This document shows positions 25,104-38,925 of a DNA stretch of 64,000 nt, piece after piece; the first letter of the stretch is position 1; each line of letters opens with the position of its first letter. The notes below the pieces were generated by a model. That model was given only the letters and a program-made list of their open reading frames with translations. It was not told the DNA's origin and did not search any database. Origin of the DNA: Lama guanicoe (Eukaryota); assembly GCA_013239625.1 (NCBI GenBank), contig MU054323.1, forward strand, positions 13,439,950 through 13,503,949, in the 5' to 3' direction. Made by a program: the position numbers and the translations under genes.

Positions 25104-26649
25104 TAAAGAGACAAATAACTCCCTCAGCTAGTGAGTAGCTGATTGGGGGATGAGAATCCTGATCCCCCAGGTCTCCAATATGCCAGCATTCTCACCACTT
25201 ACCACACTGCCTTTCCTACTAGTTTGGAAATGGTAAATAAAGAAATAGGTTATTAATGTTGGAAATGTCAAGAGGATTACTAGGGATTTTCAGCTAATAC
25301 TATTCTTATGGAATTAGAATGCAGGGGACATATTTCAGGTAATTTATAGTTTCTCTTGGCCCTTCAGTTGAGGACACTGATGTAAGAGCTGAGGGGCTAT
25401 TTTTAGCAGGTTACTTTTAAGCACCCCTGGAGAGGCGGTAAAATAGCCTGTTCTCCACAGGCAGCTAGGAATTGCTTGCCTACTTTTTTGTTCCGAAGGA
25501 AAGGACACAGACCATCTGGGCAAGTAAGTTGGGTCCAAAATTGGACTCATGTTTATTTTACTTAATAAATGTGTTCTTGAAAAATATGAGTTGAATTCTG
25601 GTTGGTTGAATGCCATTTTCAGTGCACCAGTGGTACACACATTTCTTGTAATCCTGCAATGAGTGGCTTTCTAAAACAAAGAATGCTTTGGTAGGTAATG
25701 TGAACAATTTTCCCTTAATTTATGTTGAATATAACTTTTCTTTTCTTTTTTTAAGGCAGGGAACCCTGTGCTCAGTTGCTTCTGTCTTAGAGTGTGTTGG
25801 ATGGTATAGCCAGATTAGTTAATGGTAATATAGAATATATATGCTCTCAAATTATAGACTAATAGAGTCCAGCCTGTCACTCCAAAGTCCCAAACCAAAC
25901 AATGTGGTGAAATGCATAATTTAAAAGAGGTGGTTTGCAATAAACACCCCATGCCAGAAAGAATACAGTTGTAGACCTGGGGTGCTCCTATCCTTATGTT
26001 TGGATTGTGGGCCCCATTCCTGCCTCATCGAGATGGCATGTGGAAGACCTGGCTCTTCAGTTACTAAGGCCACTGTCCAGCAAATAAGATAGAAATAAGT
26101 GAGGATGCAACTGGCCCTTTGTCACGCTAGCACCATTGCATGCTTTGGAAGTACAGTCCAGTATTTCTAGACCAACATGAACATTTTTGTTCTTCCTAAC
26201 ACATCAGTTCTCAGTTGCTCATAAATTTTTTAAATCAATCAGCAATTGATTCTATGACAGGAATGGCCTTTAGAGTTCATGGAATTTTTGGTGTGTGCCG
26301 ATAAGGATCAGCCAGGGAGAAATATACTCCAACCTTTTACTTTGAGGAATTTTAGTCAATTTGGCTTAAGATGCTTTGGTTTTTAAGAAATATTTTTATT
26401 CTACATGAAAAGCAAGCAAACATCTTCAACATAAAAGATTTAGTGAACATACCTGTTAGGATATGCCTGGTTTTTTTTTTTTTTTGAAATGATTCTGAAA
26501 TGAACTTTTAGTGCTCTCATATTACAATCTTGATCCTCTAAGTTGACATATATTGGTGCTTTAAAGGCCATGACCCTTATGTGGCTTTTAGTTTCACTCT
26601 GGGAAAATAGTGTAGTAATAGTAAAAGCATAGTAAAATGGATACCTTTT

Positions 26650-27140
26650 CAGTGCCAATAATCTGTTTTAGAGATCTATACTGTTGAAATAAAAGTACCA
26701 GAAACTAAGCTACATGTGCTAGAATGTTTAGTGCAACACTATTTACAGAGGCAGAACACTGGGAGCATCTTGAATGTTCAGAAATAGGGTGAATAAACTA
26801 TAACTATACTGTGGAGGAATATGAAAACATTAAAAAGAACAAATTATATTATTGATCTTGGAGCCAATGTATGTGCCCACGGTACATTGTTAAGGGGAAA
26901 AATCAAATTACAGATTAATGTTTTTTTTTTTTTTAACTGGAAAGACAGACCCCCCCCCCACTGACACATATACATATGTATGAGGTACATTTCTTACAGG
27001 TGTGTGTTATCTTGGTGAGAATGAGAGGTCTATACATATCTGTAATATATTTTATTTATTTTATTATAAAAATGTATTTTTTAAATATCTCTGTATTGTT
27101 TGACTTGCTACATTGAGCATTATTACTTTTGAAATTTGAA
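26650..27140 (+). mobile_element. Ancient L1ME-type 3' fragment
   Basis: gaatgtttagtgcaacactattt...tgaatgttcagaaatagggtgaataaactat...acattaaaaagaa. Confidence 0.5.
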
Positions 27141-29389
27141 TTTCTTATAAAGTAAAAAACACAGGTGTCCTGCCTTTCTTATTTTATAAAAGGAAAAAAG
27201 ATCACTCTTCCATGTGGTAATGTAGTTATTCTGACCATTAAAATATATATTTAAAAAGAATTTATAGGCATTCAAATATCTATTGAAGCCTCACCACGGA
27301 GGTCGCTATTTTTCAGCTGTTTTAGCCCATCCTCCCCTGCACTGATTTCTCACTACCATGTGTTTATCTTCACCAGCCAAGGAGCTCTGCTGATCTTCTC
27401 ACTTCCCATGGTTACGTTAAGGAAACAGCACACACCTCTCAGCTTTGACTCCTCCCCTGCATTTGCCTCTCAATTTGAGACTTTTACACAGCATAAATAG
27501 GTCTACTGCCTTTCACTAACAAGAATGGCAATCACAAAGAAGAGCCCTGAGAACAAACACTCTGTTTAATTAGAACATGAAGGAAAACTGAAAATTTCCC
27601 CACCACTTTTTTTATGTGCTTCTAAAAGGCCTTTCTTAGTTTACCCTCTGTGATCTGCAAATAAGAAAATCCTCCTGCAAGAATATTAGATCCTCATTCC
27701 TCTGCATGTTCCAACTGGCTTGTGGTTGCCTCTGTGTTCTTCCAGGAAGTCATAAAAGGGAATACCTTATCCAAAGCCTTTCTGCACACAAAAGGTATAA
27801 ATAATCCCAAGATGCACCTGAAAGTTTCCGCAAACAGAGTGCAAGTAAACCACTGGGATGTTGAACCAAGTGTATGATAAAGGCAGTGATACCTTAAGAA
27901 AGGATATGGAAATGAGGTTAAAAGCTCAGGCCTCACAGATTTTTAACCTGCAGGGGGTGATGTTTGGATTAAAACTTGAGCAAGTAGTTTGGCACTAAAG
28001 ACTGGAAAACAGAACTTGTAGTCAGCTACCTGGATTTGGATAATACGGTACAGTGAAGAGCAAAAGTGATTCAGTAGAACATTGACATTATTTAGAACTA
28101 CACACAATTGTGAACAAATGGATTTGGTATCAAAATAATATGGCTCTTTCATAAGTACAACCATGGTGTAAAAATTGATTCATTCATTCACTCATTCATA
28201 AAGTATATATTGAGCATCATCTTCTGCCAAGGCCAGTGGGCTGTGATGTGAACCCAGGACAGCTTAGCAGACCCAGAAGGAGGCCAGTGCTCAGCAAGAG
28301 TGAAACAGCAACAGGAGGATGGAGAGAGGTGAGGCTGAGGGGGTGGGGGGTCTATAGTTTGCATATGAGAATAAGACTATTTGGAGTTTCTGACTGCATT
28401 TTTCCTATGATTCTCATGAAGATCACATTGTGCCCCACCTCATGCACTTAGCTATCACACATTTCGAGGAAAAAAATTAATTTAAATATTTTCCTTGCCT
28501 CATTTATCCCTGAATCAACTTTGTATTTTATGCTTTGAAATAGCAATGATGTTGAAACTTAGAAAGGAAATCTTAACTCTGTAAATTGCCCTTCTATATT
28601 TTCTACAAACTGACTCTAGAAAAATGCAGAGGCAGTCTCAGATTTTATTTATTTTTATTATTATTTTTTTTTACTCTGAGCAGCTCTTTTCAAGAACTAA
28701 AAGAATTCTGAAAAAGGCAGTGGCATTTTAGAAGATTTAGATTGAGATTAACTTTACCACTAGTCTGTGATTTATTGGGGTGAGAGCCTCAAAGATTAAT
28801 GACAACTGCTGTCAAATCAGGGTTTTGAAATAAAACTATTGAGGGGGGAGTTATGTAAATAATTATGCTAAGTAAGATCTTTTGTGCCATAAACATTTAA
28901 TTTTCCTTCCCATGTTTCACCAAATCCAGCTTCAGCTAGAAATCTAGCGTAGTCTAAGAAGCTGATTAGATGGAGGAGAAAATGCTACCATAAGGTAAAT
29001 TTAAATGAATTAGATTAAGTAAGTGCAAATATACTAACAGGCAATGCGTTTTTGAAAAGTAAATGACATCTTACAAAAAGGGAGAACGATAATCAGATAT
29101 TTAGAACTCGATGTGTTTAATCCATAGAAGCATTATCCTCAGAAACAGTTATAAATGTCAGTCAGTCTACCAGGCTGTCCCACAACTAAACCGTTATCAC
29201 TGGCTGAAAGATCACACATTTGCAGTGGATAACAGTAGCAAACTACTGTGATGTCAATAATTAGCTTCCAAAGTGCAATACAATTGGCTGTTGTGCTTGA
29301 GGGTAAGCAGGTTTAATTAGAAAAGGATGAGCAAGTCTATGAAAACTTCTATGATTATCGAAATTATTTTGTGGGGTACATGTGCAGGG

Positions 29390-29560
29390 TTTGGAGTCAG
29401 ACAGACAGTCATATCCAAATGCCTCTCTTTTTCTGCTGCTTACTACCTGCAGGCAGGCTAGTTAATCTCACTGAAGGTCACTTGCAGATAATAATAGCAC
29501 CTACTCAGAGCTTTGCTGTGCGAATTAAATGAGCATTTTGCACAAATGTCAGCGTGTATT
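29390..29560 (+). mobile_element. MIR SINE
   Basis: tttggagtcagacagac...ataatagcacctactcagag...gtgcgaattaaatgag. Confidence 0.6.
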
Positions 29561-30659
29561 ATTAACAATATATTAATATAGTGTATTATAATATTAATAG
29601 AAATGGATTGTTATGATATATAATTATCATTATTCCTTATATAGCGCTTTCTACATGTCCCACTTTTCCCCCAGAGACATAAGTTTTGAGAGCAGAGATT
29701 TTTCTTCATACTCCGGTGAATCCCTAAATGCAATGCACATTGAACACAAGAAAAATAAATGTATCTTCTCATTTATTGACAATAATTTGCTCTGTTCAGG
29801 GGCTTCAGAGAGTAAAAGCTCTATTCTGATTCTTTCATCATTTTTTTCTTTCTTTCTGTTTGTTGCAGGCATGTAGCTAGCACAGCCTGTATAACTGATT
29901 GTGACTAGGTGCTTATTTTGGCTCACACATGGTTCAAGGGGAAGAAAAAGGGAAGGAGAAGAGGTGGGAGAGAAAATTCCCCAAGATACTTAGACAAATG
30001 TTGGAAGAAAAAAGAGAAGGAGAAAAAGGACCCCAAAAGTGTCTGAGAAAAAGATGACCAGGCAGAATTTACTCAATTCCAGAAATAAGAGAGTAATACT
30101 ACATACAAGGTCCCCTGAAAAGAAAGAAGGCGGGGATGGGGATAAGCGTGGCCTTAGTACCTTGAGTTGACCAGCAGGTGGTGTGTCACCAACTTGAAGC
30201 AGCTTGTTTGGAGTTTGGCACAAGAGAAATGGGTGGGTGGACAGTTTAGGAAAGGACAACTGGTAGGGGAGGTTCATGCTATCTGATCACGTGTGCATAG
30301 GATGGATACCATTTGGAAATTTCTACTTACAAAAATGCCTCAGATAGGCACAAAGGCCAGCAGGACATCTCTGAGAGACTGAATCCAAGGTGCTCAAACA
30401 AGACCATGCTTCCCTCCTCTTCCTGCATCCTTGGAACGTGGTAGTTCCACCACTTCCAGTGACTGGCTGTCAAATACTGCCTCCAGGACCAGCAGGTTAG
30501 AGAATAACTGAGACTTAGTTGAGAGGAAGTGTCTGGCTTGGTTAACGGATGGTGAGGCTTTTCTGCTCTGGTTCCCTTTTTTTAGATCACTTTTCTTGTC
30601 AATGGCTTTCTCTTCTTTGTATAGATGATTAACGTACTCATGTATGATTATAGGTTTAG

Positions 30660-33620
30660 AAGCTTTTTTCCTATGTTAAAAGCACCTCTCATTTGAAAGT
30701 GAACAACTGATACACATTTGCCATGGGAACAGTATAAAAAAGCTGATAAACAAAGAAGGGGGACAAACTATACTTGACCCCAACCAGCAAACATAACCAC
30801 TATTAAAAATTTGACATACAATTTCAAACTTTTACATGTTCACATGTTTTCTTAGAAAAATGAGATCATACTGAATAAGTTATTTTGTAACTTGTGTTTT
30901 TCACTTAATCTCTGCCAAATATTTTTCCATGTTAATATATTTCAACATTATTTTATAGTGATTGCATAATGCTACATCTTCTGAATGTGTTACAGTTTAT
31001 TCTACTACTTTTGGCAGGTAGATTGAAATTTTTCACTAGTGTAAGCAATGCTGTGAGAAACACCTTATATGTATGAAAATCCATATTCTTTTGTAGGGAT
31101 ATATTTCTAGAACAGGAACTGATGAATTATAAGGTATACATATTTTGAAAAGCTTTTGCTACACATTATAAAATTATCTTCTTCAAATGTTGTAGCAATT
31201 TATACTTTTGCCAGAAGACTATGAAGGTACCATTTTCCAAACTTCCTGCCAAAGCTGGGAAGAATCAATTCTCCATCTTTGTCAAGTTTATGGATAATAA
31301 ATGACACCTCATTATTAATTTGTCTTCTTTTTTAGGAAACAATTTTTTAATATGTGTATTGGTCATTTGTATTTCTTCCCTTATGAACTCATGAACCATT
31401 TATAATATACTCTGCCTGACTGTTAATTATAAATGCTATTTATATGTTAAAGCTATTAACTCTTTACCATACAGTTTTCATTTTTTATCTCATTTTGTCA
31501 TTGTGGTTTAATTTTAGTTATGGTGGGGTTATTTTTGGCATACATAAATTTTACATTTTGTTCATTTAAATATTTAAACTTTTTAATGTGTCTGCTTTTA
31601 TGATCATAAAATAGTTTTCATGATAAAAATATTTAATCATGATTAAATTATTTTAAGATTATAAAAAAGTCATAATTTTTTTTCAAATTTGTCTGTGGTT
31701 TTATTTTCACATTTTACTCTTCAGCCCACTCTGCCTTTACTTTGTGTCTCATGTGAGGTAATAACTGCATCTGTATTTTTCCTAATAATTAACTATTCAA
31801 CCAGTTGTTGAATAACTTTTCCCCACTGGGTTTAAATACCACATTTAACAAATAAACATTTTAATATAGTATTTGTATTTATATTTCTGGGCTTTCTGTT
31901 CTGTTCCATTGCCCTCCCTCTTTTGGCATCAGTATCAAACTTTCTTTTTTTGTGTATATATTTTTTATTGAAGTATAGTCAGTTTACAGTGTTGTGTCAA
32001 TTTCTGGTGTATAGCATAATGCTTCAGTCACACATGAACATACTTATATTCATCTTCATATTCTTTCTCACCATAGGTTACTTTAAGATATTGAATATAG
32101 TTCCCTGTGCTATACAGTATGAACTAATTGTTTATCTATTTTATAATATATTAATATCTGCAAGTATTAAACTTTTAATTCTTAAATTTTTTTAGCCTAT
32201 TTAATACCTAATACCTCTTGTTGTTTTCTAAAAATTTCTTTTCCATTGTCAGTTTTTCATTCTTTCAAATAAATTTTGGGATTTCTTTTTTAGGCTGTTC
32301 AAAAAATACTTGGGAGATTTTAATAAAAAATTAGTTATATTTAGAAATTAAGTAGGGGAGAACTGACATCTTTACAATATTAAGTCTTCTGGTCCTGGAA
32401 AATTGTATAACTCTTCATTTATTGAAATATTTTCCATTTCTCAACACAGTTTTATAAATTTTTAATATATTACTTACTTTTTTGTTATTCCTATAAATTT
32501 TGTTGCTGTCATTACTATTATGAATGAGGTTTTTTTCCCCATTATGTTTAACAGTTATTGGCTATTATATGGAAAAAATTTTTTTGTATTTTTTTGTTAA
32601 CTGTTCACCTCACTGACATTTCTAATTATTTAAAATCTTTTAAAAAGTTGATTCTATTGAATAAATGATTATATCATATACAAGTTGGATAATTTTGTCT
32701 TCTAATTGCTCATAATTCTTTTTTAGTTTCTTTAACTAGTCCAGAACAGTGTGCTAAATGATAGTCATGTCAATGAGCACCCTTTTGTTTGTTTCTGATT
32801 TTAACATTAATAACTCTAGTATTATAACCATTAAGTGTGATGCCTGTGTTTGGTTTGAGATAGATAATCTTTACTGTGCTAAGAAAAATTCTAACTCTAT
32901 TTTATTAATGTAAAAAAAACCCTGATATTTAATTTTATCAAAAGACTTATTAAGATTACCTATCCAAAGGCTAATCCAAAGGCTTTTTTCCGTTGACTTA
33001 TTTATGTCATTATGCTAATGCATTCCTTAATATTGAGATAGTTTTTCATCTCAAGGATAAACTATGTTTATATGGGAGGTTAGGCTGTGGTTTCCTTTAG
33101 TATGCTTTATCAGTTTGTTAGTTTTCAAGTCAAGGGTATTATGTTAGCTTTCTGTTAGTTTTGTCCACTTGAATATTTGATATAGCCTGGGAATTATCTG
33201 TGGCTTCAAGCCCAAGAGAACTTGATTGTGTAAGTAATTTGGAAATAATTTTTCTTGGAAATAATTTTTCAATAACTTTTGCATTTTTCCATGATTATTG
33301 ATCTATTGTTTTTCAACTTCTTGAGTCATTTTGCCTCTAATTCTTTTGGCTTTGCACATACTATTTGATGTGTGGTGTTCTCATTATTGAAATCTTCTAA
33401 GCATTCTGTAATTCTTTTTTCTTTTCCAATCAACAATTTTTTTTAAAGAAGAGTTATAAAAATTTTCCAAGAGCTTAGCTGTTTTCTGACTTAACACTTC
33501 TGTAATTGTTTTATAGTTTTATTACAGTGCAGTCATAGAATGTAGCCAAAACAACTTCTTTTGGGGGGAAGTTGCTTAAGATGTCTTGGGGGCCTGATAT
33601 AAGTTTTTGCAAACTTAAAA
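30660..33620 (-). mobile_element. Long, heavily decayed ancient L1 (L1ME/MD-like) 3' region and ORF2 remnants
   Basis: Very T-rich; antisense L1 landmarks ggagaactgacatctttacaatattaagtctt, ccattaagtgtgatg, tttctgttctgttccattg, ggtcatttgtatttcttc. Confidence 0.7.
31944..32162 (-). mobile_element. Young camelid-like L1 3' end nested in the ancient L1
   Basis: ttttattgaagtatagtcagtttacagtgttgtgtcaatttctggtg...atagttccctgtgctatacagta; TSD agtat(c/t)aaacttt at 31931-31943 and 32163-32175. Confidence 0.9.
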
Positions 33621-33659
33621 AAAAATCTTTTCTTAAAGGAATAGACAGAAAATCCTCCT

Positions 33660-34400
33660 GTTCAATCATTTGTTTATTCATTTAGCATGGTTTCAGCCAT
33701 GTCTCTCCTACAAGCCAGGCATTGTATTACGCATTGCAAGATATAAAATGAATAAGTCATACACTTTCTCTAAGGTTGCCAAAGTTTAGATGGAACACAG
33801 ATACATGAAGACCTAATTACAATGCAGAGTAAGAAATGCAACAGCAGTGGAAAATACAAAAGAGAAGTGTAAGCCGGTCATAGGTTCTGGGAATACAAAG
33901 GTACTGAAGACACCACCACGGCCCCTGAGAGGCTTTCAGTCTAACAGTATAAAAAATAAACTGAGGGCAGAGACAGGCTTTTGGAGGCAAGGCAACTAAT
34001 TAAGAAACCACTCTAGTCATTCAGTAATAAATTAAGACATGAAAGATGCTAGAGAACAGGAAGAAAAGAGGGGATTTACACATTTAAGGGGCAAGTAGAC
34101 TAAAAGTCTACATAGGAGGCTGAAGGAGGTAAGAGCAAAATCTTACACAAATCACAGAAGAACATTTTAAGGAGTATTTGGTGAGTTGGGTCAAATGCAG
34201 CTGAGAAGTCGAGTAAAATCAAAGCAAAGCCAATAGCCTTGGTCTTCAGTGCCTTGGGGAAAGGAGTTTCAGTGAAGTGGATGGGAGACGCCAGACTGGA
34301 AGCAGGTTGAGACTTACAAGGAATGCAAGATGGTGGAGGCAAGAAATATTTCTCCAGAAGCGTGGTTCTGAAGGGAATGAGTGGGTTAGGGCAGGAATTA
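33660..34400 (-). mobile_element. L2 LINE fragments including reverse-transcriptase remnant
   Basis: Antisense L2 3' end at ~33660 (tcaatcatttgtttattcatttagc...ccaggcattgta); the minus frame at 34100-34417 contains FTET...ILLDFSAAFD, an L2/CR1-clade RT motif. Confidence 0.75.
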
Positions 34401-36667
34401 AAGAAGCAAAGGATCAAAAAGGATTACTTTTTAGGACATAGAAAACTATGAGTATATTTAGATAACGAGGAGGGTGAGCAGACAGGGAAAGAAACCACAG
34501 TTGTTGGCGGCAGGGTCCTGAACGTGGGAGTTGCAGGGTGAGACACGAACCCAGGGGGTGGATGGCCTCTGACTGAAAGAGAGTACCTCTTTCTGAGTCG
34601 AAGGAAATGACTGGTGCCTGTAGACAGTGTGGACAGGGAGGTGGGATCTCCCCATTTCTTTGAGAGGCTGAAAGGTGTCATTTTAGAACCTTTCATTACA
34701 TTCATGGACCCTGTTGGAAAGGTGCTGGGTCTTGGTCTGCATTGACAGTTCCCTTCATAGGTATGTTTCAGGATCGGTCCTTTCCTTTCTGACGACAGAC
34801 TGAGAAACGTATTTCTGTGTTTTCCTTTCCTGAGGCTGTTTTCTCTATTGATCACTGAAGAGTTTCTCTCTTGTGCTAACTGTGTGGTATGCAATAGATC
34901 ATCAGCACAATTAACAAGTCAATTGCAAATAAAGTGATGGATGCCGTAAGATCGCCAAACTTGGTTACTGTACTTACAAAATATAAATCAATTAGAATAG
35001 TTCAAATCCTCAGTGGGCCTCCTTTTCTGTATCTGATTAAGGACTGTCACATCAACACATGAGGAAAAATGTTTATGAAGGTAACATGTATTTTAGCATA
35101 TTGTATATTGGTATCTGTAGTTTATTTCTATTACTAACTTTGAACCCTTAGAAAGGGATATGTTTTGAAGCTTGCAAAAATGTTTTCATTTGTACTCTGG
35201 GCTCTCACATGTTGCTAACACATTAATCCCCTGAAAGAATGGTAAGACTGAGGATTTTTAGTCTTTTTCTTTTATTCTGGAAAAAACATTATCTTCTGTG
35301 TGGAGGGAAACTTCTGGTTTGATTAACACTGTAAATAATTGTGAGACAAAATCCAGATATGAAAGATTGCCCACACAGGCTCCTCTACTGAGTAAGGTCT
35401 CACTTATTAAAAATCAAATTTGACAGGTTTAACAGGCTCATTATGGTTCAGAAATCCCCTGGGACATTTTAACCTTTTAAAAGCTTTTTTTGGATGTTCA
35501 GTTTGCTAAAAGGGCTGATTCTCTGTCATACCTCCACTCTACCCTGCTTGGGCACTGGTTTGGGGAAGTGTCACCCTTACTATATAACAAGGAGTCAGAT
35601 ACCCAAGTCAGATACTATCCAAAATCAGATTATTTAAGGGCTTCCCTTGGAGAGAGGGATGAAGAGGAAGGGGTGGGGATATCAGCTCAGGTGAAAAGTA
35701 TGCATTCACCACAGTATTCAGAATGGTTTGCCACTTGTATGAGCAACACAGGAAACAGCAGGTTGATCCCATTTCCTAGCATACCAAAGGGGGCAGCAGC
35801 ACATTTTTTAAGTGCTTTGTAAATTTCATAATTTGTTTCCATTCATTCCCTAGCTGATAATCCCAGCAGTGCTCCTAAATGTTGACACAATCCAACACAT
35901 AACTATGCGGAAGTTAGATCTTACAGTCATTTCCATTAGCTCTTAGATAAAGCTGCCCTTGATATTCTTCATTAACCCCTCACACATCTACCCCTCAGCA
36001 TCACTGGGCATAGCAGCCATGGTCTTTGAGATTAAACCTAAGCGTCCTTAGACTGCTGGTCTCCCCTCAGAACAGTGCACTCAGTCTTATGTCTCTTCCA
36101 ACAAACTGGAGACTGGAATGCTGAGAAAATGAAAGCACAACGGAGTGGCAGATTGATGGAGTCTGGGGGCACCTGGAAAGAGGAGCCACTTCCACCTGCT
36201 GTACTAGTCTGGGGTTCCTTCTTCTTTCTATTCAAGAGCCCCAGTGAAAACCTGAATGAGATGAAAAGCAGGACTGCCAGCCTCCCCACCGCCCTTCCCT
36301 CTCAACACAAATACATCAACTTTCCACTTGCTGTGACCTGCCCTCCAGGGTGACTTATCAGCTATTTGGATTTTGTCACAAAAAGAAAACAAATCATGGA
36401 ATGTACTGCTTTACATGCTAATGAAACGGCTGAGCTGGTGCAGGGGTTATGAGAAGGTTTGCAAATTAGGAGAATAATGATCTTCAGTTTCTGACCTCTT
36501 GGCACGCAGCGGTATTTATCAGGAGGTGCATGTGACTGGCTAAGACACAGAGCCCCGGCTTGAAGGAAACAGCTGCTCGCAGAGTGCTCTGCACTTGGCA
36601 GCTGAACAGGCAGGGTGCTGATGTGAGGAATACTGCAACCAAGTGCCCCAGTAAGTAACTGGAGAAC

Positions 36668-36714
36668 TGTGTGTGTGTGTGTGTGTGCGCGCGCGCTCGT
36701 GTGCACACGCATAC
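36668..36714. repeat. (TG)10(CG)n alternating purine-pyrimidine tract
   Basis: tgtgtgtgtgtgtgtgtgtgcgcgcgcgc..gtgtgcacacgcataca. Confidence 0.95.
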
Positions 36715-38574
36715 ATTTTGCAAGCCACTGACAATTTTTAACTGATTTTGGTTTCCCTTTGGCACTAAAGGAGGTATTTTATTTGTACTTGTTGCTAATA
36801 GCCATTTGTTTTTTACTGATTTTTTTTTTTAAGAACCTGTTATTTTCAGCAACGTTGTTTTCTAACTTTAAGGATGAGTGAGGCATGTTACTTGACTAGC
36901 TAGGAAAAAGTGAGTTTAGTTCCTGCTATTTGGGGCATTTTACAGTCTGTGGTGTTTAGGTTCAAAGCCAAGATTCAGGTTACAAAGTAGAGACTACTGA
37001 AGTGAGTTGATGACTAGATTTGATTTTAACCAGTTTTGCCACTGACACTGGAAAATAGTGTTTTGAGAAATAACTCGTGAATTGATTGCATGTCCGACTT
37101 GACCATTTCTAGTCAATTTTGAAGATTATCTCATTTAACTCCGTGTAAAAATGTGCAATATAGAAAGCTAACAATACGTAGATTTAGATTGGAAATCATA
37201 TTTAGATTTCAGGTATGCCTTCTATTTCATCGAAAGATACATTTTATAGCTCTTTTCTTCAACGCAGTAAACTCAACTTCACTTCTTTACAGCTAAAGTT
37301 TATGGCTGTCCCTGGTCTTCCTTATTTTAGAAAAGGGAAAGTTCATGCTTTTATGATGCAGAGTCTTTCTTCCTTGTTTATGATCTGGGTTATAAAAGTG
37401 TTTCCTGACACGGATTATCAACTCTGAGGGGTCTGGCATCCCAACCTGAGAGGGCTTGTTCTTTCTCTGGTTCACCCAGCAGTCATGGAGCTCGCTCTTG
37501 GGAAAGAAAGCCGCAGAGCAGGCACTACCCTGGAACAGAGCTGCTGTTCAGGGACTTTTGTCCTTCCTGGTAGTCACTAGACAGAATGTTTAAGATGAAA
37601 GGAAAAGAGGAAAGGGCAGAACCCTGAACTGATAATGTGAGCCTCTGGAAGTGACAGGCCTCCATCAGAGCACTGTGGGGAGGTAACCAAACAAGTTCCT
37701 TTTTCTGGAATGCCTGGATGTTGAGGAGGGCAGAGAGTGGTCGTTTTGATTTGAATTCTTACCAAACAGGTATTTTTCTTGTGACAAGCCCAGGGCACCC
37801 AGAAGTGTGCTTGTTTCCCCAAGTGACTGACGGATTGTCATACAGGCTCAAGTTGTACAACTTCCTTGCAATTTCTGCCCTCTGCCCAGAGGAAGCACTG
37901 CTCTCCCTTCACCCCCCAAACCCCTTAAGGTATATGGAGAATGGATTGAAAATGACATGCTAGTTCTGCTGTGGTTTCCCCTCACACAGTTGGTCTTGAG
38001 TGCCACATCAGCTAAAGGCCTGGGACAGAAGCAGATTCAGATGCCTGGCTCGTCTGGCACTGGGAGGTTTTTCCTCTTCTTTTCCTTAAAATGTAGAAGT
38101 AGTCACAAGACCTAGAATGTCCAATGAGAAAACAACATTTCTAACTCCTCTGTTCCTCTTTATGCCATTCGGGTGAAGTCCTTGGGTCAGCATGTGGCCC
38201 AGTGACTTCCCTGTCTGACTGCAGGGCACCGGCTGCCCAGAGGTCAGTCTTCAGGGAGTTTGCTTCTGGTACAGTTTCACTTTTTCCAAAGGCTGATAGT
38301 GGAAAAGAACTCTCAGGGAAAACTGTGTTTCCAGAATCACAGAGTCACCCGCAGTAAAATGGGTGGGGGGGATGCCAGTCAGAGTACCTTTGAATTATAA
38401 AGAATCCTGAATTTTTGAAAGCCCACAGATTATTTTGAAAAACCCAATGATACCTTGACTTTCAAATATCAGATTGTAAAAATTAATATCAGATTGTAAA
38501 AATTATTATTACATACAGGTAGTATGTCCGTAGAACAAAAGACTTTCAGCTCTGGATTGAAATCCTAGAATGCG

Positions 38575-38925
38575 TGATTTAATGCCTTCATTTCAAAGAT
38601 GAGGAAATCATAGTAAATTTATCTGGGTCTCAGTGCTAGTGAGTGGCAGAGCTCACAGAGAAAGCGCAAGTCCTCTGCCACTATTACCATCGTAATATTA
38701 ACACTGATCATTATAGCTAACATTTATTGTGCACTTACCATGCTAAACAATGTGCTAAACAAGTGTTTTTATTTTCATATAATCCTCACAGTACAGCTAT
38801 GTGCTTTATCCAATTATTCCAGTTTACAGACAGAGAAACTGAAATGCAGGGACACTGAGCCGCTCCACTACACAGGGCTCAGGCAGAAGTGACACCTAGA
38901 TCTGACTCCAGAACCTGCACACATT
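38575..38925 (-). mobile_element. Two adjacent MIR SINEs
   Basis: aaagatgaggaaa...gagtggcagagct and tagctaacatttattgtgcacttacca...aatcctcaca...tttacagacagagaaactga. Confidence 0.75.

Noticed and set aside
38465..38504. 20-bp tandem duplication (similar small duplications at ~2861-2892 and ~43870-43902)
   Set aside because: Ordinary slippage-type duplications with no sign of function
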